A stretch of DNA of 34,027 bases, taken from positions 36,934,806 to 36,968,832 of the forward strand of contig NC_068994.1 in assembly GCF_001194135.2 (NCBI RefSeq), in the 5' to 3' direction. Positions 10,471 through 23,258 of the stretch are shown here, piece after piece. The number at the start of each line of letters is the position of its first letter. Position 1 is the stretch's first letter. Below the pieces are notes generated by a model. That model was not told the DNA's origin, searched no databases, and saw only the letters and a list, made by a program, of their open reading frames with translations. Made by a program: the position numbers and the translations under genes. This DNA is from Octopus bimaculoides (Eukaryota).

Positions 10471-12520
10471 GTATAATTAAAATTTAATCTTATAAATTGA
10501 GTAAGGCTTTCACATAAATTGAAGAAGCCATAAACATTTGTCCAACAGGAAAAAAAAATGTTCTGTAAATTATGTTACATATTTCTATTTTATTTAAAAC
10601 TTAATGTAAAATGATGAATGAAACTGAATTCTAATCCTTACATTATAATTTCAAATACTGAATGTTAAGTGTATAATAACAGTTTTTGAGTTCCTTCCAT
10701 ATTCTCAATAGATCCATAATCATGTTATGCAAATAATCATTTTTACCAATATTATCAACTGTTAGTTTTATATACATGCTAGGTGCTATAGATTACAAGT
10801 TAAATTCGCAATAAAACCAGATTACAACCCATTCTGACTTTTTATTGTTATTACTTCACTTCATCTTGTTAGCCTTTGGAGAGGTAGAATTATGAAAAAC
10901 TCACATTTCTCATAGTCTTAAAACTTTTAAGTTTCAAGCCTTCCTTTCTTAACCAAAGTGATTTTTTTTTTATATAAGACATTATAGCAGAATCATAGCT
11001 ATTCAACAAAATCATACTTCTGTGTGGAAATATTTCTGAATTGGTTTGGTTGCATCAATCAAATTCTTTCAGCTAGGTAATCTTCCTTTGTTCCAAACAC
11101 ACATTTGTAGTTAGAGACTGTAGCAGCAATATAGGCAGAGTCCAAAACATCAACTCACTGCCTAAGAATTGAACCCAAATCATTATGTTCTGCTGTAAAA
11201 ATAACTGGAAACATCAAAACAGGATTTTGTTTGAGATTGATGATGTTAGCAAGCAACTAACCATTCAAGTCCCTGGTAGATGCATTAAGCACATTAAGTA
11301 CTTGTTTTTATCTGTGACTGGGCTGACCAGTGAAAACACAATTGCTGCAGCAGATGCTTAACTTGTTAGAATCTTGTAAACAACCTTAACAAATTTAGAT
11401 AAACAACATATTGGAATGTCATTAAGGATTTTGTCTTTGGCACCTTTTCTTAGACAGACCATGGTGATATAATTAGTCACTTGTCATGACACAACTTAAG
11501 CTAACTAGTCACAGGAAAATTTGGCAACTCAGCTACAAAATTCAATAACTTCAATGATCCACTATCATTAGTGACACACATCTTGCACAGACAAGCATGA
11601 ACTGACTCACTTGTATTTCTTCCTATCTTGTAGTCTATTATTACATGACAAATGGTTACAACTTTGTTTAATTGTTTTCCAAGATTAATTTCTATTTCTC
11701 AGTATAGTATCCTCATGTTTTATTTTTCTAATTGCATTCTGTTGTTATTAATAAACATGTATCACAAATATCTTCTGTTGCCCTGTTTTCTATACAGTTA
11801 CATATGACCACATGACATGAACAAGGTATTAGCTTAGAAGCATCAGGTATAGACTAAAGTCTTCTTTCAATGCATGATTGCAGTAGAGAACATTGAAAAT
11901 ATTGCTCAGAAGCAATATGGATATCTCATCTGAAGTAAATCAACCTGAGAGATTAACAAATTAGATAATTGCATTCCTAATGCCATCCTGAATTGTAAAA
12001 TGCTTTACAAAGATGTAAACAATATGAACCCTAACATTTCAAACAGCATAACATAAAAGTGTCTGAATAACAATATGGTTGTTATTACTAACATTAGTTT
12101 AAATATAAACAGATTTGCCAAGCATTTGTGCTTAAGGACTGTATTAATATTATCATATTGCACAAGGTTCTTTGATCCTGTGAGATCCTGTGTTAGAAAT
12201 GGATTGCAGCCGAGTCAAAAATATTCAGGTGCTGAAAGACAAAAGGCATCTGATAATGACCAAAGACAATAGTTATTGAAACATGTATGTCTGTGTGTGT
12301 ATATGTGAGAGAGAGAGAGAGAGAGAGAGAGAAATGAAATGTGGTAAAACACATCATAACTCCTCCATATTCCCCAACAAATTATACGTCTAGAAACTTA
12401 AACATTATTCTCTAGTGTTTACTTTTGTTACAGTTCCAATATCACAATATTACTATAAGGGAAACTAAACCAGGTATTGCATGATTATGAAAGAATTGTC
12501 ACTGTACATCAAATATTAAG

Positions 12521-12730
12521 TTGTTGCATTAACCCCAGGTTAGTTCCGATCATGCAAACCTATGATCAAAAGCATTCCAGCCATAACCATCTCATCTTTT
12601 TTTTTAAGTTTGTAAACTATGTGAACTAAATTAACCACTGTGTTTTTACTTTATGTAAGGTTACAAGGATGTGACCTGAAGGATATTTCACTGCTATTTC
12701 TAACAGGTCAAATTACCACACAAAGTCCTG
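12521..12730 (+). repeat. Unclassified dispersed repeat (family C)
   Basis: CTATGATCAAAAGCATTCCAGCC..ACCATC and GGA.ATTT..CTGCTATTTCTA.CAGGTCA align with the reverse complement of 25640-25985. Confidence 0.6.
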
Positions 12731-12828
12731 ACCCCTTTCCTTCTTGGCCCATTCAACATTAAGTAGTTGTAACAGGTGAACTTGTATTGCATGAAAGAAA
12801 ATGGTAAAATCAGAATGTGTATTATTTT

Positions 12829-13026
12829 ATTCTTTTACTTGTTTCAGTCATTTGACTGCAGCCATGCTAGAGCACCACCTCTAGTCAAACAAATCGACCC
12901 CAGGACTTATTCTATCAGTCTCTTTTGCCAAACCACAAAGTTATGGGGATGTAAACACACCAACATCAGTTATCAAGCGATGGTGGGGGACAAACACAGA
13001 CACACAAATATATACATACATGCATG

Positions 13027-13076
<50 letters not shown>

Positions 13077-13630
13077 NNNNNNNNNNNNNNNNNNNNNNNN
13101 NNNNNNNNNNNNNNNNNNNNNNNNNNNNNNNNNNNNNNNNNNNNNNNNNNNNNNNNNNNNNNNNNNNNNNNNNNNNNNNNNNNNNNNNNNNNNNNNNNNN
13201 NNNNNNNNNNNNNNNNNNNNNNNNNNNNNNNNNNNNNNNNNNNNNNNNNNNNNNNNNNNNNNNNNNNNNNNNNNNNNNNNNNNNNNNNNNNNNNNNNNNN
13301 NNNNNNNNNNNNNNNNNNNNNNNNNNNNNNNNNNNNNNNNNNNNNNNNNNNNNNNNNNNNNNNNNNNNNNNNNNNNNNNNNNNNNNNNNNNNNNNNNNNN
13401 NNNNNNNNNNNNNNNNNNNNNNNNNNNNNNNNNNNNNNNNNNNNNNNNNNNNNNNNNNNNNNNNNNNNNNNNNNNNNNNTATTTATGACAGGCTTCTATC
13501 AGTTTCTGTCACCCAAATCACTCACATGGCTTTGATCACCCTGAGGCTATAGTAGAAGACACTTGCCCAAGATGCTACTGAATCTGGAACTATGTGGTTG
13601 GGAAGCAAGCTTCTTAGCACACACCCATGA
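12829..13630 (-). mobile_element. SINE family A, full length, with an assembly gap inside its internal (TA)n
   Basis: Tail (CTTTTACTTGTTTCAGTCATTTGACTG) at 12829; head (GAATCTGGAACTATGTGGTTGGGAAGCAAGCTTCTTA) at 13580-13620. Confidence 0.85.
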
Positions 13631-14686
13631 TAGTGCCTACATGTATGGATTCTCTTTACGAGATCAGTTTAATCACTTTGGTTCTCTATGCAAAGTCACT
13701 AGTGACATTATTACCTCACAATACACATTAATGTTGTTAATTACAGTAAGATCCTTAATGTGGTTCATACAGACTTGTATATATTCTACTGTCAAAATAC
13801 ACCTGTATATCTTCCGTTGAAATTCTAGATTTCATGTCAAACTATCTGTAAGCAACACCACTAAGCAAGCAATGAAGTACATAGTGCCAAATAGACTTGT
13901 GTACACACATAAATACACATGCAAAATATATAGCATCTGAAATATTTTAATCCAATGCAGAAAAGGCAAAATTTTCTATCATACTACTAAAGTTAGGTAC
14001 AGTCAGTTAAGTGTGGAAACTAAATGTGTTAAATTTAGAAACTTATATGATAAACTGGTAAATGTTCACAACTAATTTAGTTACTTTGGAAGAAGTGCAA
14101 TTAATCTAATAAAGGAGTTTAGAATTAGACAGAGTATTTGCTTATAAAATATGACTATAGCCTGTAATGAACTTTACAAACATAATTAAAGAAAACTGAG
14201 TCAAACACGCCCACAAAATTCATTTCATTACGCTTAATTTTTTTTATCAAATACAATTCATGCTTAAACTGGGTTGACATGAGAAACAGATCATTATATT
14301 TTGAAGTTAATTCTTTTCTCCGAGATATTAAGACATTGTTGCAATTCATAAGGAACAGAAGCCAACTAAGGGAAAGTCCTTGATTTTCAGATTCTTTTTT
14401 GTGGCAGTCAGTGATGTGACCTCTGGTATTCTTGGTTCTTTGTTCTCTGACAGTTGCTCTTCTTCTAAGGTAAATACTTGTGTGCTGAAGGTGCTGCTGT
14501 ACTCTGTCTCCAAATGCAGGAGTTAATGTTTCATCTGGCAGAGAAGCAGTACTATAGACATTTCAACTCTTTCCACCATGATACCAGAACTGCCTGGGGC
14601 CACGAATTGCGACAAAACTTTCACATAACAGCATGAGCTTTGTTGAGACAGAAGTTACAACTCTTGGCCATCTGTTTCTACCATTT

Positions 14687-14860
14687 TCAGAGTCTGTTCT
14701 TGCCACACCACTCATCCTTTCCCTTGAACCATGTGTAATGGCTTGCTTTCTCAGCAGCTTTTGATAACCTTCTGGTCACATCTTATTCCTCCTTTACAGC
14801 TAGTCCAAGACTCTTGTGTAATAAGTGAACCTTGAAGTCAATGTGGCTGGGAAATGAATC
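14687..14860 (-). mobile_element. C-terminal relic of an RLE-type (HERO-like) non-LTR retrotransposon ORF
   Basis: Minus-strand frame reads KSLGLAVKEE*DVTRRLSKAAEKASHYTWFKGKDEWCGKNRL*, resembling the LS.AAE.AS.WLW.KR....W terminus of HERO-type elements. Confidence 0.55.
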
Positions 14861-15087
14861 TTTCAAGCCAGAGTGGCCAATGAAAGATATCACTGGTGTT
14901 TTTTGTGGGAATGTTTTCTTATACTATTTGTGGAGTAGGGGTTAAGTGAAGTTTTCTTTGGATAATGGTAATAAAATATTTATTAGAATAAAAATTGCCC
15001 TTCTCTCTGAAAAATCAACAAAACCCCTACAAAAGAATGCTAAGTGTAGTTGTATTTATTCTTCTCTGTTTAATATTTATGATATGA

Positions 15088-15305
15088 ATTATGGTGATGA
15101 TCTGGCAGAGTCATTAGGGCATCAGACAAAATACTTAACATCATTTCTTCCTGCTGTTTGTGGAGTTCAAATTCTTCTGAGGTTGATTTTGGTTTTTGTC
15201 CTTTTGGAGTTGATAAAATAAGACCAGTTGAGTACTAAGGTCGATGTAATTAAATAACTCCTTCTCTTGAAATTTTTCGGTTTATGCCAAATTCGTGAAA
15301 TTAGT
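15088..15305 (+). mobile_element. SINE family B, old copy
   Basis: CTGGCAGA...AAATACTTA...GAGTTCAAATTC..CTGAGGTTGA.TTTG...GATAAAATAAG.CCAGTT; matches 29703-29921. Confidence 0.8.
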
Positions 15306-15619
15306 TCCTAATATTTTTTTCAAAGCATATTTGATTCCTGTCATGATTTATGATGTTGAGGTATCTCTGAGGTTTTGCTGTAGATTTTGTGTTGCCTTTT
15401 TCAGGATGGGAATGAAATTTCAGATTCCTTGAATGAGAAGAAATAAAAATTTCCTATTGATTATTGTAAATATGGATCAATAATTTTGGATAAGAATCAA
15501 AATTAGTCAATTAAAATTACAATTTATTGACTATCAGACATATGATCGTGTATGATGTATAAATAACCTTAATTAAAATGGAGAATAAAGTTTTTCAAAA
15601 CTTCATTTATTATTTTCAT

Positions 15620-15749
15620 CTTTTACTTGTTTTAGTTGACGGACTGCAGCCGTACTGGGGCATCATCTCGAAGGGTTGTTAAATGATGGTAGTGACAGAT
15701 GCAAACACCTTTGCAAACACACACATACACACACACTCGCACACACACA

Positions 15750-15812
<63 letters not shown>

Positions 15813-15951
15813 AGAGGTTTTCACAGTTTCTCTCTAACAAATTCATTGGTTGGTGCAGAGTTAGGGTTTTGGTTGGTGCTTATGTTGTGCAATGAAACTG
15901 AACCCAAAACTATATGGTTGCAAACCAAGCTTCTTAACCACCCAGCCATGC
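15620..15951 (-). mobile_element. SINE family A, internally deleted, with a long (CA)n
   Basis: Tail CTTTTACTTGTTT at 15620; head GAACCC.AAAC.AT.TGGTTG..AA.CAAGCTTCTTAACCAC.CAGCC at 15899-15948. Confidence 0.75.
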
Positions 15952-16479
15952 TTGCGGTTATACAAATTTGATAGATAAAAAAAATTATGAAAATTTGTGG
16001 AAAAAAGAAAATGTTTTATTTGTGCATTATAATGTTGGCCCTGTTTTACTGGTTGCAGCAAGTGTGTTGTGGCTATGCTGAGATTCATAAGTTGTGACAA
16101 GAAAATAGGAAAAATGATTTTGTTATTTGAGAAGATTGTTTGATTTTAATGAACCAATGAAGGAGCGTCTACATGGTCAGTTGAATTAGCAGCTCCATTC
16201 CAATTTGACCATGCATCTGGCTGTGTATATGCAGAGGTTTGGGCTAGATTTCTAAAAGATGACTAGCAGTTGTCCATGCCTGCAAGTCTTTCTTCTCCAC
16301 ACCATTGATTTATCCAATGATAATCTGATGATAATAATGATGGTGATGACTGTAAATAAACTTTCTATCAACAGATAATGAAATACACATCGTTCATATA
16401 CAATATGTTTTGAGCATCCCACCTTAAGAGGTCAGAGCTTATTTGGGTGTCTGAGGCATTGAAGAAGTTGAGAGGACTA

Positions 16480-16620
16480 TATTCTGCCCTGGATGAAACA
16501 ACAGTTCATTACAGGTTTAACGCTATCTCCAGCTACCACTGGTGCTCATTTTCAGCTGAGTGAACAGGATAAACATGATGCAGTGAAGTACCTTCTTCAG
16601 TCATGCAACATGCCACCGAA
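16480..16620 (-). mobile_element. Probable decayed SINE core fragment
   Basis: CTGGATG..AC..CAGT.CAT..CAGG...CTGGT.C.CATTTTCAGCTGAGTGAAC.G resembles a conserved SINE central domain in antisense (recognition only; no second copy in the window). Confidence 0.4.
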
Positions 16621-16765
16621 GGGGTACAAGATGGTTTTGGCACAGCCATTTTGGCACCATTGGTTCAGTGAACTTATCTGACATTGAATGTTTTAATGTT
16701 TTTCTCATTTTAATGTTTCTTTCTCTCTTTCTCTGCCCCCTCTCTCACTGTTTATGTGTGCAAGG

Positions 16766-16833
16766 TGTAGGTGTGGCTGTGTGGTAAGAAGCTTACTTCC
16801 CAATCACATGGTTCCGGGTTCAGTCCCACAGTA
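16766..16833 (+). mobile_element. SINE family A tRNA-like head fragment
   Basis: A-box-like TGGCTGTGTGG (16774-16784) and B-box-like GGTTCAGTCCC (16817-16827). Confidence 0.8.
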
Positions 16834-16890
16834 TGAATGAGGAGAGGGAAAAGATGCATGTCAGTTACGTTCAATTAATAAATTGTAAGG

Positions 16891-16922
<32 letters not shown>

Positions 16923-18317
16923 NNNNNNNNNNTTACTTCCCAATCACATGGTTCCGGGTTCAGTCCCACAGTATGAATGAGGAGAGGGAAAAGATGCATG
17001 TCAGTTACGTTCAATTAATAAATTGTAAGGCCTCTCTCTCTCTCTCTCTCTCTCTCTTAATTTTTGTGTATGAATTTATTTCTGTGCTTGTGCACACATG
17101 TGTATTTGCCTCCAATCACCAAAACAGATTCAGTGCCCAGTTGGCTGTACCATATCACCAACATTCAAACAGCGGCGCTTGATTTGAAAATCAAATTTAT
17201 ATGCTAACAATCATAAACCGAACACAAGCCACAAGACCACACAACTTCACTAAACCAGTTATATATTGTTTACAGTTCAAACAATAACACTTCTTCCTTT
17301 CAATATCCCACTTCATGTCTTGTTAAATGAACTCTAGATATTAGAAGCATAATTCATAGCGAGTTTCCTGAGATGCATTAGTTAGAAAAAAAAATAGGCC
17401 AGTTGTGAAGTGTGGTAGCATTAAACAAAGTATTTAAAGCAGAGGTGAGGGTGTAGGTAAGGACTGTACAATTTAGGAACACAATTTATTGTCAGAGTAC
17501 CTGGCAAATTAGTTTTCTGGAACTTTCAGGAAGAAAGATTTTGTGGAATGGCATGGGATTATTTATGTTTGTGTCACATAAGAATTATAAAATGCCACAG
17601 TGCCATACTTAGTTAACCATCTCAGTGTAAGTCTAGGTGCAGTAGCTTTGCTTTTATTACAACATTCCATTGAAGAAGATTACTCTAGCATGATGCTGGA
17701 TAGAAGATTAGCAGCTGATCTAGCTAGATAAGGATTACTATGGAATAATGCGGAACAGAAGATTAGCAACGGATCTACTGAGGTAGAAACCATATTTACT
17801 ACCATTAGCAAAAGCAAGATATTTCAAAGTAAGATAAAAGTTGACAGTCTATTATCCTATATGCACAATATATCCAACCATACTTTATATATGCATGTGA
17901 ATCTGTATGCATGTGTGTGTGTGTGTGTGTGTGTGTGAGAGGATGTAATGTCAGAGTTATTCTTTCATCTACATAGACTCATCAATGTATGCATGTGTAT
18001 GTGTGTTTGTGCATGCATGTGTGTGTTGATATGTATTTGCATGTGTGTTATACATTTGTGCATGTGTGTGTGGGGGGGAGTGGGGGGGGCGCACTTGTGT
18101 ATGAAAATTGCAATATACAGGCACATGCATATGCACATTTACCCCTTCTGCATAAAGAATTATAAACTCCTATATATGCTTATGCATACAGATATGAGCA
18201 TAATTATTTGTGTGCAACTATAATATATTTGGATAAATGTATACTATGCATGTATATTATATATATGTATACCAACAGATACATGTATACATGTCAGTAC
18301 ACTCACTGTGTGCATAG

Positions 18318-18367
<50 letters not shown>

Positions 18368-18756
18368 TTGACTGCATATATATGTGTACATGTATATGTG
18401 CAAATGATATATGTCTGTACGTATATAGGAATGCATGTGTGTATATGAATATATATAGATATCAATACAATGAACATGTGTACACATGCTAGTGAATACA
18501 CATAAACATACATCTAATATTATTATTATTATTATTATTATTATTATGGTTGTGTAATGTATTTATGCATTACACATTTCTGTAAACTTTCTCTAAATTT
18601 TATTTATTTACATTTTTTGTCGAACCTTTTTAGTTCTACATTATAATATTTTGTTTTGAACTAAGAACGATAAAAGCAGATTTGCTACCAGCTTTCAAGA
18701 TCCTGAATATAACTTTTAGAGTTTAGAATTATAGCTCATTTAAGAACTGTACTTCA

Positions 18757-18910
18757 GTATGTTTACTGCAGCTGGATGCCCTTCCTAACTGTAGAAACTA
18801 TGTCAAAGCTGACATTGGTGCTTAACATTGTCCTGCAGCTCATTAGAACCTGTCAATCTAGCAGCCCATGGCAATATGGAAAATAAATGTTGATCAAAGA
18901 TGATGAGGAG
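18757..18910 (+). mobile_element. RTE 3' tail fragment with a short inverted 5' segment
   Basis: 18769-18788 is the reverse complement of TTAGGAAGGGCATCCAGCTG, joined to forward CTGTAGAAAC...CAGCCCATG...ATGGAA...GATGATG. Confidence 0.65.
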
Positions 18911-19074
18911 TTGAAGGACCAGTGACATAAGGTGATTATTGTTACAGGGTACTCACTATATTACTGCTGTGCTGAATCTGCTTCTCTGATATAAGTCTAT
19001 CCCTCCATCTTCACTACTCACTACTCCTGAGAGGATCATAGGGATAGAGTCCTCAGGCACCACCTCCATAGGGT

Positions 19075-19150
19075 ATAGTTTCTGCAGATGAAAGCCCTTC
19101 CTAATGCCAACCACTTTATTAGAGTGTACTGAGTGCATTTCATAATAGCA
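19075..19150 (-). mobile_element. RTE 3' tail fragment
   Basis: TTTCTGCAG.TG.A.GCCCTTCCTAATGCCAACCAC matches 32003-32040 and the complement of 6487-6522. Confidence 0.65.
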
Positions 19151-20844
19151 ACCATACAAGAGAAATTATCATATCTTCATCAAGACAATCTCTTGACCCA
19201 ACATTGATTGTCTGCTCTGTTTTTTTAATCATTTTACAGAGAGTAATGTATATCATAATATTACTTTGAGATTTCTGAATATGAAATAGAAGTGACAAAA
19301 ACCAAAGCTAAGAATATAGGAGGGGAAAGAAAGTAAAATAGTTCAGCAAACATGCAAATTTTACTGAATAGAATTCTTTATCATTTATGCCATTTTAAAA
19401 AAAATTAAATATTTTCGACAAACCTTTGATTAATCCAAACTCCAATTACTTTTAACTGTCCTATTCCTATTTAAACTCAATATATCCATAGGATGAGTTT
19501 GAACACAAAACTTTCATGTGTTATGCAGAACAATGACATTTTTAAACATTGTATTATTATCCTATAAGAGAAATATCAGACAATTTTAAGATATATTTTA
19601 ACTTGTTTCAGTCATAACTTCTATTTATGAAAGTGTAGGGTGAAACACGAACCGCAAAACTGAAGTAAAATTATTGTCACAAATGCACATTTATGAAATG
19701 CTCACCTGTAAGTTACAATTAACAATCCCAAAATGCTCAACTGAAAGTTACAATTAAGTTCTTGTAAATGTTTGTAGAACCAGTTTTTTTTTTTACCCAT
19801 ACTAACATAGGTTAGGTAGATCACTTGTATAGGTAATTCTTGATTGCATGATATAATTTGTTAACTATTGCCCATTGATCAAGAACTCATTAAGAAAGAG
19901 GAAGAAAAGAAATAAAAATTAGTTGCAAAGTAAAGCAATCTTAGATGACTCACTAATGTTTATTTGCTGATAACAGAATAGCCCAAAGGATTGAAGCAAA
20001 TATGATGGTAACAGGCAAAGAAAACTAGGGGTTACTGACTCTTACCGACACAATTTAGCTTCCAGGTGTATTCATCCACTTGCTTGGGGGAAGTCATTCT
20101 GCTATAAATTCTTATCAAGATATAAACTTGTAAATCATAAATTCCAAAAGTAAGTACTATGTGTATAACATTTCTCTTATCCTTTTGATTTTAGCATTGC
20201 TTTTCTGTGTGGCAAAATGTTTTGGGATTACATCCCTTCAGTTTGCTTCTGTTGAGGTCATAATGCACCTTCAATTTACATGTTTCACTTAACCTGCATC
20301 ATTTAAATATATTACACATCTATAACTATGCAGTCAGGTCTTCTGTATACATTGTGTAATGTCTTTGAATACAAATTGCTTTCTTTGTATACTATTTCAT
20401 ATTCAATAGACCATATGCAATTTATTTCTCCCTCATCACTGGAGATCTACTGCATTCATGGCTCACGCTTCCTTATCAAATAGAATTAAACACGTTACAT
20501 ATGCTTCATATATCCTCTGTTCTGTATGAAGGGAGAAATCCTTTGTTACAAGTAGAAATATTGGTTCTTTAAATTCCTTTTCCTTGCTGTCAACCCTGAA
20601 TCATTTTATTTCCACTTTGAAATATGTCACATAGGGAACAGGATCTACTATTTACTATTATTAGCCAGCTGGTCTAAGCAACCTATAGTTTTCAGTACAG
20701 TTCATAGTTAGGCTAAGACTAAAGCAACATGTATATAGCAAGAAAGGAGTAGAGAAATCAGCTCCCAAACAGAATAAGTTGTTGAAGAATCATGTATATC
20801 CCTGATCTACAAAATAAGTTGTAGCAGTTTTTCTTTCTGCCCAC

Positions 20845-21201
20845 CTTCAAAAATTAAATTAAATTTAGTTTCTACATGATAGAGCTATACACATGAAAAG
20901 TGGAAGAGATAGGAAGTTTTTATTTTTTTTATTTTTTTTATTTACACTCTTCCAAGAATATAATTATGATTGAAGCAAATCTTAAATAAATAACACAAGA
21001 CCTTGTTCTCTTGCTTCTAAGGCAATTATTACTTTATCTACTAAATTAGAACAAGAGACTTTAGAAATCTACCTGCGCCCGCACGCACGCACGCACACAC
21101 ACTCACACACACACACACACACACAAAAGAATCCATACATTACAAAGATTACTTAGACATACGCATGCATCTTTTGTCAAGGAATGTTTCCAATGTATTT
21201 A
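20845..21201 (+). repeat. Left arm of a long inverted repeat (partner 22402-22732)
   Basis: Example: ACTTTATCTACTAAATT.GAACAAGAGACTTTAGAAATCTACCTGC versus GCAGGTAGATTTCTAAAGTCTCTTGTTC.AATTTAGTAGATAAAGT. Confidence 0.92.
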
Positions 21202-21480
21202 TTCTCAGTTCCCTTCCTGTGCATATTCTATTTTCTGTTCATGCAGTTTTAGTTACTTTTTCTGATGAGTTGCCATGCACCTGAGCACACTATACTATAA
21301 ATTCATTATTTCTATCATAAAATTAAGTATAACTTCTAGCAAAGACGACTTTACTATTTATCATCAAGCCTTCACTTAATTACTGCTGATTCTCTTCATG
21401 TCTCTAGTTCATCTTAAAAAGCAATGCCTATTTTCTAAGGAATCCATTAGGATTTTTTTTCCACTCATTGTTTTGCACTC

Positions 21481-21650
21481 TTTTACTCTTTTACTTGTTT
21501 CAGTCATTTGACTGCGGCCATGCTGGAGCACCGCATTTAGTCGAGCAAATCGACTCCAGGACTTATTCTTTGTAAGCCTAGTACTTATTCTATCAGTCTC
21601 TTTTGCTGAACTGCTAAGTTGTGGGGACGTAAACACACCAACATTGGCTG
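21481..21650 (-). mobile_element. SINE family A, 3' half (well preserved)
   Basis: CTTTTACTTGTTTCAGTCATTTGACTGCGGCCATGCTGGAGCACCGC...GGGACGTAAACACACC. Confidence 0.9.
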
Positions 21651-22401
21651 CATTCCAATGACTGAAAAAAGAGTATATATTATTTGGGTCACACACAGCC
21701 CTCAATGTACCAGCTGGGCCTCTGTGAGAAATTTGCATTTTGGAACAATACTGCATTCAGGCCCTAAAAGTGAGGAAGAGCCCTCTCAAAATCTGTTTCT
21801 GTTTTTTTTATTCTTTTCTTCTGAAAAGGTACCTGGCCACTACTTCCTTGCTTCTCTGTGGTCCAGGCTAAATAACTAGATGAATTCCACTTTTATAGAC
21901 TTAAAGATAATATAAAGCTATATTTTGTCATCTTAAAAGATAAATATTGTGATTCTTTATATGTTAGGTTTGGTAAATGAAAGACTTCTTAAAATGATCT
22001 CTGACTCATAATTAAAGATTTCCTTTAGTAATTAAAGGTTTCCAGTTGTAGTGTAATGTAATGTTATTCTCAGCTCATCCCTGAGACTGACAAAGTTTTT
22101 CTTTTGCTATGCTGTTCAGTATAGAAAAGAATAAATAATGCATAAAATGATGCCAAAAGAATAAAAGACTAAATAGAATAACTGAAATAAAGGTAAAAAT
22201 ATATGTAAAAAAATAGAATCAAAGAAGAGAATCAGGGGATGATATAAGATGCAGAGTAAAAAGGAAACTGAATGAAAGGAAAAGCAAGAAGAAGACAAAA
22301 TAATAGAATAGAAGACTGAGAGATGTGTGGCTATGTAGGTATGTGTGATGAGGTTGAAAAGATGTAAAGAAAGGCTTTGGTGAATTCAAGGAGTGTCTAT
22401 T

Positions 22402-22732
22402 TAAATACATTGGAAACATTCCTTGACAAAAGATGCATGTGTATGTCTATGTAATTTTTGTAATGTATGGAATCTTTTATGTGTGTGTGTTCATTTATGC
22501 AGGTAGATTTCTAAAGTCTCTTGTTCCAATTTAGTAGATAAAGTATTAATTGCCTTAGAAGCATGAGAACAAGGTCTTGTGTTATTTATTTAAGATTTGC
22601 TTCAATCATATCTACACTTTTTGGAAGAGTGTAAATGAAAAAAAAAAAAAAGGCTTTCTTTCTTTTTTCACTTTTCACATCTATATATATAGCTCCATCA
22701 TGTAGAAACTAAATTCAATTTAATTGTTGAAG
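22402..22732 (-). repeat. Right arm of the long inverted repeat
   Basis: TAAATACATTGGAAACATTCCTTGACAAAAGATGCATG is the reverse complement of 21164-21201; pairing continues to TTGAAG at 22732. Confidence 0.92.
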
Positions 22733-23258
22733 AAAGTAAACATATAATCTTTTTTTAACCGAAATTGAAGTCAGCCATGTCAAACATGCAAAGCCATCGT
22801 TTATGGTGTTGAAATATGAGTAAACTGATAACAGTAAGTTTTTTAAATATTTTTATGTAATTTTTTTTTCTCTTGTGTTTCTTTCTACATAACTTGTCCA
22901 TAGATGGTGGGTTCTATGCAAATAAAGAAAAATTCAGTTCCAATTGACATTTAAAATTTATGTTATTCATCTGTGTAACATAATTTGCTAAAGAAATGCT
23001 GAAGGGTTTAAAAATTATCTAGCTGACTTGATCAGCACTTTTGTAGCTAATACTCAAATGGAAACTGTTTAAAGTATGCATATACAATATTATACATATA
23101 CATATGTATGAATATATGTATACATAAGTATATATATGTGTGTACACATGTATATATATATATATATATATATATAAATATATATATATATATGTATGTA
23201 TATATATATATATATATATATGTGTGTGNNNNNNNNNNNNNNNNNNNNNNNNNNNNNN

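Noticed and set aside
16766-16833. tRNA gene
   Set aside because: Only A/B-box-like motifs within a SINE head; no full cloverleaf.
16793-17057. Exact ~130-bp tandem duplication (16793-16922 / 16933 onward)
   Set aside because: Same 10-N gap overlap signature, ending in a (CT)n run.
19697-19760. Short ~36-bp tandem duplication (AAATGCTCA.CTG.AAGTTACAATTAA x2)
   Set aside because: Two copies only; ordinary slippage duplication with no further structure.
20046-20149. Candidate exons on either strand (CAG|20066-20149|GTAAGT, or minus 20046-20098|GTAAGA)
   Set aside because: Weak acceptors, short frames, no recognisable protein and no partner exon.
21262-21300. CTGATGA motif as a hammerhead core
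   Set aside because: No helix II followed by GAAA downstream.
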